Made by a program: the position numbers and the translations under genes. A stretch of DNA of 64,000 nt from Azolla caroliniana (lineage: Eukaryota > Plantae > Polypodiophyta): the NCBI GenBank assembly GCA_043228905.1, contig JBHGNT010000010.1, positions 16,678,001 to 16,742,000 on the forward strand, given 5' to 3'. Position 1 is the stretch's first letter; every line of letters starts with the position of its first letter. The notes beneath the pieces are model-generated. The model made no database searches and was not told where the DNA came from. It saw nothing but the letters and a program-made list of their open reading frames with translations. Shown one piece after another: positions 24,279-36,700 of this stretch.

Positions 24279-27200
24279 GGTGAAAACACACAATTATATG
24301 AATAAATGTGTGTAAAAAACATTACTTACAATGGGTGTGACCATGAAGTATGGTCACCCACTAACTACACTACACTACATGGGTAATGGAACATGTTGAA
24401 TTGCCAATAGGCAAGACGGACATTCCACTGAGGAAAGGATTTCCACTTGCTCCAATAAAGAAAATTGCCACATTAGTACTCCCTTCAACTGTCGTAGATA
24501 TGCTTTCACTCCATGTCACCCATCGAATACAAAGTGTTGCGCATATTCCAATTATGACGCAATCCCCAATATCTCAAAAATAGAAAAACAATCTCCATCT
24601 CAGACTTTGGGTCCACCTGTGTAAATTGTGCAAACACCCACTTTCTAGGTGTCAAATAACATCGTGATAAAACTTGCCAAATTTGAGAAATGTAACTCCA
24701 AATCTGAGAAGCAATCAAGCATTGTATAAATCGATGAGTAATATCTTCCATTTGAACAATGCAAAAAAAACAATTACCTGTTGCTAGTCCACGACACTTT
24801 AGAGCTAATCCCAAAGGCAATCCTCCAATCAAAACACTCCAAATGAAGACCTTTGCTACAAGTGGCAATTTAGAATGCCAACTACGTTGTAAGATTTGCC
24901 ACCACCCATGATCAGATTTGTGTAATCTCCATTCTTCTTCAACCTTAGATGATAAGCATCCAAGAGACTCAACAAAGCAATGATACAAAAGATTAGTAGT
25001 CACTTGTAACACCGATGTTTGACCCTTTAAACACCAATCAATCCACGGTTGTTCCCCTGTTTGTAGAGGTAAGGGACCTTGCATCAATGGAATATTTCGT
25101 AGTTGTTGCCAAATAAACCCATAATTAAGAGGAATGCGTAATAATTGCCGTGCTTTAACAAACTCCAAAATTCTCTGAAATGGGGCCTCAACTATATCTT
25201 TCACCTCTTTGACCCCCAAACAGACAAACGATTAAATTGAGAGCGTAATCTCTCCTTTCCTAGCCAACATAATAACCGAGAAAACACAAGTAACTCTTTT
25301 TGCAAAGAATTACAATGCTCTCTACTAGATGATGGTTTCCATACACATAACAAGAGTGCTTCTTGCCACGAGGTAACCAAGTGTTGAACACATGTAGAGC
25401 CCGAAATCCTAAGTGAAATACATCATTTTAGTAATTGCTACCATGAAGCCTTAATTCTTGTCCTCCCATGTGTTAAACCCTTGTTCTCAATGAAATATTG
25501 AACAATAGATATCCATGGTTGTGATTTTGAACACATGTCTTGTAATAATGAAAATCTACGAGATATCATATGCTTAGATAAGTTCAATACTCTAGCTCCC
25601 CCCAAGTGCTTAGGAGTTGCTAGATGATTCCATGCAACCCAAGTGATTCCTATCTTATCCCTTTTCTTCCACAACAAATATCGAAGAGGTTGCAAAATAG
25701 AATGCAAAGCCTTCTTTGTCCACAGCAGCAATGGCAAGTAATATAATATCATAGGTTCCATAATACATTGTACAACCTTCAAAAGTACATGAAATGGCCA
25801 AGATTGTGATTTCTAATACATGAACTTATCCCTCAACTTACTAGACATCCATTCAATCAATTGACCATTTGTAACATTCATTCCTAATGGATAGCCCAAG
25901 TATCGAAAAATAGGGCCTTTCTTCACCACAAATCCTTGCCATCCTAAACATTCCAAATCCCTTTCAATACATGATATGAGACTAGACTTCCTCCAATTAA
26001 TATGTACTCCAGAAGCCAATGCAAATCGGTTCCATACAAGCATCCCCTTCTCAAGATTCTCTCATGAAATGGCCAAGATTGTGATTTCCAATACATAAAC
26101 TTATCCCTCAACTTACTAGACATCCATTCAATCAATTGACCATTTGTAACATTCATTCCTAATGGATAGCCCAAGTATCAAAAAATAGAGCCTTTCTTCA
26201 CCACGGATCCTTGCCATCCTAAACATTCCAAATCCCTTTCAATACATGATATGAGACTAGACTTCCTCCAATTAATATGTACTCCAGAAGCCAATGCAAA
26301 TCGGTTCCATACAAGCATCCCCTTCTCAAGATTCTCTCATGAAATGGCCAAGATTGTGATTTCCAATACATGAACTTATCCCTCAACTTACTAGACATCC
26401 ATTCAATCAATTGACCATTTGTAACATTCATTCCTAATGGATAGCCCAAGTGTCGAAAAATAGAGCATTTCTTCACCACGGATCCTTGCCATCCTAAACA
26501 TGATATGAGACCAGACTTCCTCCAATTAATATGTAATCCAGAAGCCAATGCAAATTGGTTCCATACAAGCATCCCCTTCTCAAGATTCTCTCGTGAGGCT
26601 TATAGAAACATGAAAGAATCATCAACCAAAGCTTGTGCAACTAGTTGTCCTCTAGACGGAAGGTGTCGACCTGCAATATCACCATTTGTTGCAAGCCTTG
26701 ATAACATCACTAACAAGGGATGAGTAACAATCGCAAACAACAACGGGCTAATAGGGCATCCTTGACGAACAGATCTTGTAAGGGCAATATTTGATGTAAC
26801 TCCTCCATTAAGCATGACTCGAGACACCGCATCTTGTCCTAATAAAAATATGAGGCAAGACATACGAGGTTCAAAGCCCATTGTATGCATTAACCCAGAA
26901 ACAAAGGACCAATTAACATGATCATAAGCTTTCTCCTAATCTAATTGCACCATAATCAATTATTGATGAGTGTTTCGAGCATAATCCATGGCCATTTGAA
27001 CATTCAACACATTATGCAATATATTCCTACCTGCAATCAAACCATATTGGGCAGGATGTATCAACTTTGGAAAATACTTTTGTAATCTATTTGCCAAGAC
27101 CTTTGTAAATATCTTATACAACCCCCCCATCAAAGAAATAAGTCTCCATTGATGAAATGACTCTGGAGATGCCACCTTTGAAACTAATTTAATTAGACCA

Positions 27201-30200
27201 ACCTTCCAAGCTTGAGGCATACGACCAGAATCCCAAGAATGTTGAAACATCAAAGTTAAGGGCCCCTTTAAAATATGTGAATATTGCTTAAAAACTTCAT
27301 TTGTCAAGCCATCCCAACCAGGGCTCTTACCACTAGGAAGATGCCTTAAAACTGTGTCCACCTCATCCTCAGTGAAATCCGCATCCAATTCATGACTAAT
27401 GAGTTCATGCACAACACATCCAACCACATCATAAAACTCATGGCGTGCTCTACTCACCTCATTTGTCATTAACAATTGTGGGCCAATCAACTCCTTAAAG
27501 TAATGAACACATATGTCAATTATTTTCGTAGGATCCACTATCTATTCATCACCTTGCTTCACATGTACCACATTAGATTGAGTATAAGTAGGATGTAACG
27601 CTTGGAAAAACAAATGGGATTGACATTGATTATCTATGAGCCCATCCCTCAATTGTCGCATCTTCGCATAACGATAACTTTGGTGGCAACTGAGAAATAA
27701 TAACATGAAATAATAACATAACGATAGCTTTGGCATTGCAACTGAGAAATAATAACATGTAATTGACTTTGGATATCCAAAACCTCCTCATCTAAAGGTG
27801 CACGTATCAATAATGCATTACACCTAGAGAGAACTTATGAGAATTTTAGAAGAAGACCTCTTCTTCGTTGAGCATTAGTTACTCCATACATACGATGAAC
27901 GATCTTAATATTTCGTAATGTGATATCCCATGCTCCATTAGAGAATCAAAGTGAGGTTGAAGCAAAAGAGAAGAGTTAAAGCATAATGGAGGCTTTCTAA
28001 GTAAGGATTTATACATGTCAATTGCATGACCACAAATCTCCAAACAAATAGGAAAGTGATCTGAAGTTCCTACATCTTGTAAAACTGCCATACGAAGTGA
28101 TGTCGGTAAAAAAGAATCATTGTGCATCACATACATTCTATCTAACCGACTCCATGTTTGTCTATGTTGAGCGGATTGGAAAGTAAAACCTGGATCATTC
28201 CCATGCAACCATGTCCAAACATCCAACTTGAAAACCTCCATAGCCAATGAATCCCAAGCAAGTTGTTCAGGATCATCCTTGATTGAATGTTCAGACGTAG
28301 ATTGAGATGCATCAACACACATGTCAAAATCACCCATAAGTAATCCTGGACGGCCCACACATAGGGTTTGATGGAGTGAGCGCCATAATGCAATACGTTG
28401 AGTGACTTGGTTAGGGGCATAAATCCCAATCACCCACACAACCTCGCCAAAAAAAGTGATTTCTAAAACCAAAAACCAACCATAAGGATCATTATGCACC
28501 ACCTGAGGAAAATACTTGTCCTGCACGATTAATACCACACTTGAACAATGATTATTAAGATGTCCTGCATAGGATGATGAATATCCACGCAAATGAACTG
28601 TGGATCCTGTTGACTCATGACACTTATGCTCAACTGCACATAATATATCCCATTCTTTACTTAATAAAGTTTGCCATAATATATACTTCTTATGAGGAGA
28701 ACATGCCCCTCTCACATTCCATGTTACCACTTTCATTCAATCAACAATGTTATGGGTGCACTTGCTCCTTTAGAGCAACTGATGTCATGAAACTAGTCAA
28801 AGCATGTTCCAATGCTGCATATGGATTTTCATGCACCGCATCCTTAGAGTTGTCTATCAAACTCTTTTGTTTAGGTTCTCCCGCTTGACGAAAACCTCGA
28901 GAATTCAATGAATTTACAACCCGTCCCAATGAATCAAATTGAAGGTGAAGGGGTAATCCCTTATCCCTAAATTGTCTTTGCCAAGGAACTTTTCGAGGAC
29001 CCTCCCTAGTTCCTGAATTACTTTTCCAAGTAGTCTCACGAGTAGTGGGCAAACTATTACATTGCATATTCATTGATTTGCCCTTCGACTTGCCCTTAAC
29101 TTGATGCCAATCTTTTTCAACAACAACATCATTACTAGTTCTATCCAATGGTTTTTTTCTCTTATCTATAACCACTAAATTTTGTTTTTCCATATCCATA
29201 GATTGAGTTCCCTTATTCTTAGGGCCCAAACCTTGAAGTGAGACCTCTTTATAACCTGCTCTAGATTATGTTCCTTCATCCATAACAACCACCATATTTG
29301 ACACACCAACATCTCTCCCAATTCCTTCCTTACCATTCCCTTCATTAGGAACCTCTATAGTTGAAGGACAATGATAATGGTATTCCGCCATAAAGTGACC
29401 CCATTCACCGCATCCAAAACAGTGACCTGCAAATGTCTCCCACTTCAATTTAAAACAAAGTCTTCTCCTTCCAAGTGTGTTTATACGCACCCATCCTGGC
29501 CTCTTATGACTTGTATCCCATAACACACAAAATCTGCACTTATTTGTAGCATTTGCATGTGGAAATACCAACACTTTACCCATTTGACTCATTAACTATG
29601 GTAAAAGTGGCCATAAAAAAGCATGCTTACAATCCACTATTACCCAAACATGGCATTCTTGTTTCAACAAAGCATGATAGTCCACAACAGGGAACCATTG
29701 CATTACATGCACCAATCATTTATCAAAAAACACTGGAACTTTAGCCAACATTGCACTTTGATGTTCCGATGAACGGAACACTACATCATAAAACCCTCGT
29801 GGTCCTGCATATATATTTTCAACACAATTTGGTGACACGATTGTGTTCAACCAATGTTTAATCCAATTAATGTACGGGAGTTTCCAAGTAAAAAACAATA
29901 TAACTGCACGATCATAGAATACATCCTTAGCATCAACATCCACATCATGTACATCCTCATCATTGCATTCTTTCATTGCATTTTCATTTTCTTCTACAAT
30001 ATCAGACAATAAGGTATTAGCAATTCCCCATAAAGTATCCCAATTACAATTATCCTTGTCAACCTCATCTACATGTATTACTTCGGCATATGTCGCTTTT
30101 TTCTCATTAATTTCCTCAATGCCCTTAAACCTCTTAGAGCTTCCAATGTCTTCCCTTTCACGATTACATTCAACCATCACATTACTCTTTTTTGGATCAA

Positions 30201-30588
30201 TTGTTTCCATATCGATATCCCCCACAATTTGAGAGGAATTCATGTTTATATCCATTAATCTTGATGTGATAGTAATCCGGGATAAAAACAATTTTCGATG
30301 AACAAGAAAGACAACTGGAACTCACCCGATTGAAGAGGTCGAAGATGATGAATACAATCGAAGACCCGCAATGTGTGTTGAGTATGTGGATGCCAACAAC
30401 ACAAGATTCCTTATTTTAATTGCTGCTTCTCGCACAGACCACCAAATTTAACTTGCTATATCTCGTTATGAAGCTCTAATCGAGGGATTTCCAACGCATG
30501 TCTTTATGCTCGATTCCGTTACCGATAGAGAGTGCATCAATAAAAACAATTTTGCTTTTTCTTCCCCTCTCCACTCTTGCTTTTTTTT

Positions 30589-30591
<3 letters not shown>
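24276..30591 (-). mobile_element. Full-length decayed L1/Tx1-like non-LTR retrotransposon
   Basis: ORF1 pieces (30291-28750) with GFYDVVF (DUF4283-like) and a CCHC-type knuckle CFGCGEWGH. ORF2 has an AP-endonuclease (MKVVTWNVRG, GIYAP, MGDFD, SRLDR, SDHFPI; 28736-27879), RT (KSPGWDGL, QGCPISPLLF, LVDDS, FRYLGYPL) and a zf-RVT-like region (KVFIW...CFFC...THRFIQC). Both ends are flanked by (CT)n. Confidence 0.93.
25788..26591. repeat. Tandem triplication of a 275-bp RT segment within the LINE
   Basis: Copies start at 25788, 26063 and 26338 (catgaaatggcca). The third copy lacks 21 bp (ttccaaatccctttcaataca). Confidence 0.95.
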
Positions 30592-30628
<37 letters not shown>

Positions 30629-30630
<2 letters not shown>

Positions 30631-30720
30631 GTAAGAGCACACAATTATATTAATTGTATTTAAAATCCACTTAGTTACAATACTTCCTAGTCTCCTCTAC
30701 CTATCATATGCCTACGTAGG

Positions 30721-30722
<2 letters not shown>
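30629..30722 (-). mobile_element. ~94-bp 3'-end stub of a related LINE between two (CT)n tracts
   Basis: ggtaagagcacacaattatattaat...ttacaat versus the LINE 3' end ggtgaaaacacacaattatatgaat...ttacaat. Flanked by (CT)~18 (30592-30627) and (CT)~33 (30723-30788). Confidence 0.65.
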
Positions 30723-30792
<70 letters not shown>

Positions 30793-30879
30793 TTTAAGCT
30801 TTATCATCGGAATGAATTTCGTTAATAAGCAAGAGTGCATGCATGTTCTCTCTTAATTCAATTGGTTGTAAACCAGTCA

Positions 30880-31520
30880 CATTAGAGCAAGTAAACCAAA
30901 GATTGTTTGGATATTTGCAACAATTAGCATCGAGAAATCGCAATAGCGTGATGAGCTGTCAAAACACGTTTTCCAACTTGAAGCAAGTGCATTATCTTTG
31001 CATCAAGAAGACTAGCATAGTTTCCAAAGCCCTCATAAGTAACCAATCATTAACATAGTAGGAAAGTTTGATGGTACACAATCTCAAATTCGCACATTTA
31101 TAAATCAAGTGTGCCTTGTCATAGGGATGCATCCCAATATATATCTAATAGACATTGCCCGAGTTACATTGGTGGGAACACTACTAATAGGTACAACACT
31201 TTCATGGTTTGCACCATTATCAAAATGAAGTGTCCCATGCTAGACAATTTTGATAGTTTCATCACAATTCCAAGGATGGTTTGGGGATACGGATATTGTA
31301 AGACCAACAATCAATAAGATTTGAAGATTGAGGTAAGGAGATCACCTTGCCTTGGCTTATATTTAAAATTTCACCTTCTTTCATCTGATATTCCCTGGAT
31401 GAAGAAGCAATAACGAATGAATTCCATCATGGGCTACACAATAATGTGAAGGAAAAAAAATCATTTGCGGAGGTAATGGTTAGTCAAGCAATACAATGTG
31501 ATAATTGATTACGTGAGGGG
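30880..31520 (+). mobile_element. Decayed Ty3/gypsy (Tcn1-like) gag remnant
   Basis: Translates to KFDGTQSQIRTFINQVCLVI...LVGTLLIGTTLSWFAPL, a typical chromoviral capsid segment, with stops. Confidence 0.7.
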
Positions 31521-33796
31521 TCCATTCTAAAAAACAACAAATATTACGCTCCAAGATAGTACAAACTTATGCATGTGCGGTGGCAATCCCACGTTCAAGC
31601 CTTGCTCAAGAACTTAATACAATTATAAAATGTGGTTATACTCCAATGGAGATTGATGCAGCATATTGTCTTGATGTAGCCATAAATTCCTTATCGAAGT
31701 GTATTTAATGATATGGATAAGCCTATACCAACTCATCAATCTCCTATCTATCAGATCCGTTTGTGATTCACGCAAAAGCGAGAAACTCATTAGCAAATCC
31801 ATCCATAAATCTAATAGGCGAGTCCAAAGATAGAATATTGGGAAGAGGAATAAAAAAATAGAGAGGGAGGAGATGTAAATATAATCTAAGAAAATTATGT
31901 GAATATGTAAATATAATCTAACAAATATATAATAATAAGTCAAATGGCTTAGTGGTAAGGCTAGCACAAGTGTGTTGGCACTAACAATCCTTTTTTTAGC
32001 ATTTTGATTAGAACGGGGAGTAATGCAATGTGCAAGCCTCTTCTCTCAATATAAGGAGGAGAGTTGATGGCTCATTTCAGGGTTTGAATTTTTGGTGTTT
32101 TGAAAAGCTTGATTTCTACTTTTTCTTCTCCTTGCATATTAGTGTTTGGGTATGTTGTACCCTAGTTTTAGGCTTTTTTGTGGTCTTCATTTATTTCAAG
32201 GGTTTGTGGTGTGTGGGAAAGGATATTAGGCCACTTCTCCTCCAAAGACAAGGGAAAAGACAAGAAAAGGAGGATCTTGAAGAGGGTGACACAAAAGAGG
32301 GCATGGAATGCTTTCACAATAAAAGTCGTGATGGTTGTGGCTTAAGAGCTCAAGCCACCAAACTCAAGCGTCCTTCCTCCTAGTTTACTTCCTATTTCCT
32401 AATACTATTTCTTTGTAATCACCTCTTGCATTCACCATTGCAATCACTTTTTGTAAACCTTATTTTTAAGGGAAAGGGGGGCATTTGTGTACAAGTGATG
32501 AGAGTAGTCCATCATGTACACTTTTGCCCTTAACAATTTGATAATCTAAGCATTACAATTTGATACAATCCAAAACATTACTTTCTACAAATGTTCATCC
32601 AAAGCCAATCCACACAAGTTTCTTTTACAATCACAATAAGCACCCTCAAGCCTTAATCACAACATTCATTAGTGAAGTTCTTGAACATCAAGAGCACTAC
32701 TTACTTTCACATGTATAATGTGAAAATGCAATACATTCAGTCACATAGGTCATATTTGACCTCAAAAGGTGGTGCATTCAAGTTGTTACATCATATTTCA
32801 GACATTGATTAGAAACGAAAATATAGTGTTTTGCCACCTTAGATAAACCCCACCCTTACCTAAAATTGATTAGTTTTGACAAACCCCCTTTGGCACTAAT
32901 GAGAATACTTCTGTACTATATAAGATTTAGTATTGATGTATTGTCATTGTAGGTACATTCAGTTTGACAGCTTTTAAGAAAGAATTAAACAAAGACAAAA
33001 TTTGGTACACTGTCAACTTGGTAAGTTCTGGAAGGCTATACTTATAAGTTATGATCAAATCCAACGTAGACAATTGTAGTTCAGTGTTGAACACAATATT
33101 CATGCATTTTAACCGAAAAAATCAAAAGCCTTGCAAAGAACACTAAGGATCCATGCTGATTCAGGCTGTTCATACAATTCTTCTACATTTATTCCCTTCT
33201 CTTCCTGTATTATTTATCATACCCTGTTCACCGACAACTACAAATTTATTAAATTCAAGAATTCTGAACCCCAAGAACATTTAAAATAATGTTAATGGAA
33301 ATCCAAAACATGGAAATTTTAAAAGCAGATGTTAGAGCTGTAGAAATGAATACAATAATGGGAACTTCACAATTCATTTCAAAAAACCATGGCATCAACA
33401 ATACAGAGCCTTTCAACTGTCACTTCATTGGCAATGAAAGATATAATGATTAGACCAAAATTAATGAACTAAGATCCTAAAGAAAATCACAAACTAGTTG
33501 AAGCTGTAGCTATATCTATCTACCTACTAAGTGATCAACATTAGATAAACGATTTGTGCTCTTATCAAAGAATAATACACCATTGAAATTTGTGTCGAGA
33601 ATAGAGAGCACTTTTTTGTCCTCTAGTATGCACTTTCAGCATTTAGTCCCCTTCAATACTACCCACATTTTGCCTGTCCTTTCTGCTACCAACATTTAAG
33701 CTCAACCTTAAGCTGAAAAGCAGCATTTTCATTGATCATTTACTAAGCATTGAGATTGAATAACAAGCATTTCAAGCAGCAAGCATTTTCTTTTTG

Positions 33797-36700
33797 CTAT
33801 TTCGAATGTGATTCAGGACTACCATCTCCGTAAGATACCAAGCTCGGATGACGAGATCCACCTGGAGGAGAATTATTGTTTTTCTTCAAAGGTATATCAG
33901 ATTTAGCTTTAGAAACTCCTCTTTCAACAGGTGATAGGCTTCCAGAAACTGATTTTGATGGAGATCTTGAATGAGAACTACTAAGACTTCTTTTACCTCT
34001 AGACACGTTACTATTATCTCCATCTACTTCTCTGGAATGGCTTCTAATGGAGCTTGGTCGAGAATGATTTCGAGCTTTAGGAGTAAGGCTCCGACTACGA
34101 CTACTATTGCTGATGCTTCTGCTCCGACTGAGGCTATATTTTCTCTTGCTTCGACGCCGACGACCAATAGGACTAATAGATCGCGAGATACTCCGGCTTC
34201 TGCTTGGACTTCTCCTGTACCTAGCCAATTCCTCAAGATATATTATAACCATATTGCTTGATCTTTTATCATATTGATTAACCTTTCATATTCGACCATG
34301 TAAATGAACTTTTCATGTTGATATAATCTTTTTGATGATATAGTTTAATATATTCTCTTAGATAATATTGATTAACCTCCTGCCGTTTATGTTAAGAATC
34401 AAGATCCAATCACATCAATTAATCTCTGATCATAATCTTGATCTTTAAACATACTACGGATCTTTAGAACTTTGAATCACTAAATACATCTCTCTTGAGG
34501 ACACAGAGACCTTAATAAAGTTCTGGTCCCCAATCTAATGGTAGGGATTTCAGAAATATTATGGTATGTCTCTTTCTTAAAAGAAAGAAAAAGTGAGAGG
34601 GATCTTAATGGAGTTCTAATTCGCAAATCTGGGAGTAGGGAATTAAGAAATGTTAATGACATTTTTTATATCTGAGAATCAGAAGCATATTATTTGAGGC
34701 CAAAGTACCTACATAGATGATCTGCATGAAATTTACAGTTTTTACTGAAATTATAGCAACAAATAACGCAGGGTGATCGGCTCAAGAATAAATTTCATTA
34801 GAATTTGTTTACCTTGGAGGAGATCTTCTTCTTGGAGGAGTCCTATACCGCCTAGGTGTTCTGTCTCTATAGCTCCTATAAGCAGGGCTAAATAAAACAT
34901 AAAAGCATATGTAAGGGAATAAAAAACGAATTATTCTTCAACTACTAAAGGTATGCATGAAGACAAAGGTAAAACAAATCAATGTCACTAATACATGGCT
35001 AGAAAACAAAAACAGAACTCTAACAATTAACAGGTATTTCCTTATAAGTCTGACAAATAGAAACATGTCATTCTTCAATCAGTAATGATTAATTCTGTTG
35101 GAGAAGGAAATATGTGGACACATAATCAAAGAGTGGGAAAATACCGATCACGATCTCGATCAATCGGCAGCCTGGCACTATATCGATCACTGTAGCGATA
35201 TGAACGAGCAGGAGGTGGAGACCTTTCTGCAGAAGGTGTGCGATAACGACGAGCATGCGAATACTGTTCACTGAAACCTCTACCTCTCCTTACTCTCTTC
35301 AATGAACCTTCAGGACTGCGAGTTATGCTTCTTGGTCTTGCACTAATAACACGAGATGGAGAGTTCTTCTTATCTACTATTGGGCTTATGCTTCGGCTTT
35401 TTGAACGTGATATGCTTCTAGAAGACAGTCTTTTCTCAGGACTCGAACTTAGACTCCTGCTCAAGCTCCCACTTATACTCCTTGTTCCTCTTTTAAGGCT
35501 CCTGCTTCGACTCCTATGTTAATAAATACAGAGACTTAATAGTGGATAGCAATTAACTAGTTTCAAAATTTATTTGTTTATAATTATGCCTATATATGAT
35601 GGATCCTACATATATAAAACAATTTATGTTGGTGTCTTAACAGCTAGTTTCTCAATTTATGTTGGTCTTTAAGTTGGAAGAACACACCCTATCGATGTTG
35701 GTTTATATCAGCTCCTACACATATAGCATGCCAAGATTTGTGCTGGAGTGTGAATAGCTAGTTCTCAATTTATGTTTCTCTTTTAGGGTTGGAACATGCC
35801 TATATGTGTTTGTTTATGTTGGCTCCTACATACAAGATGCCAGGATTTATGCTGGAGCATAAATATCTGACTAGCCTCTCAATTTATATTGATCTCTAAG
35901 TTAGAACATAATATAAAAGATGCCAAGTTTTATTTATGCTGTAGTATGAATGACTAGATAGTCACTCAAATTAGATTCATCTTAAAACATACTTGTATAT
36001 GTAGTTTTATCTTTGTTTATGTTTGGTTCCTAAATATAGCATGCCAAGTTGTATGGTGTAGCATGAATTGCTAGTTTCAATTAAGTTTGGACATCAAACA
36101 TACATGTAAATGTAGTCTAGTCTGAACAAAAGATTCTTTAAGTTGGAGGATATATATATATATATATATTGAAGTTGTGATAACTAGTTACGACATTAAT
36201 TAGACAATCCAATGAGGTCTAATTGGAAAATTTATGCTTCACCTCCTACAGTGAAACTTAACACAGTGCTATGAATACCCAGTTTCTTTCAGTTAAATGA
36301 TTAATTAGATCAGATGCAGAACCATGTTTTAGTTTAAATAACTAGTTTTCTAAGCTAGCATATTAGTTAACACAGAAAATGGATTCTAATTGGAATTATA
36401 GTATGGTTTTTATGCAGACGATTTTATGATTCATATTTAAGCAGGAGTAGTAAATATAGAAAGAATATAGTCTGAATAATTAGTTCCTTGAGCTGCAACA
36501 TCCCACAAGAGTTTAGTTGCTTTTTGAACTTTAAGAGCATCAATCAATCAAATTTCTCTCCTTTTTATGTAAATGTGGAACTTCCTATTTAGATGAGTTA
36601 TTTTCTCGCATTTTTATTGTACAAGGCTAGAACTCAAAAAATATTTTGTATTTTCAATTTAATTATGCCACTAAATCTTTGTTTTTGGGTTTGCAAATTA

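Noticed and set aside
24122-24322. (RE)n ORF, and similarly the (TY)n ORF at 19425-19739
   Set aside because: Translations of microsatellites.
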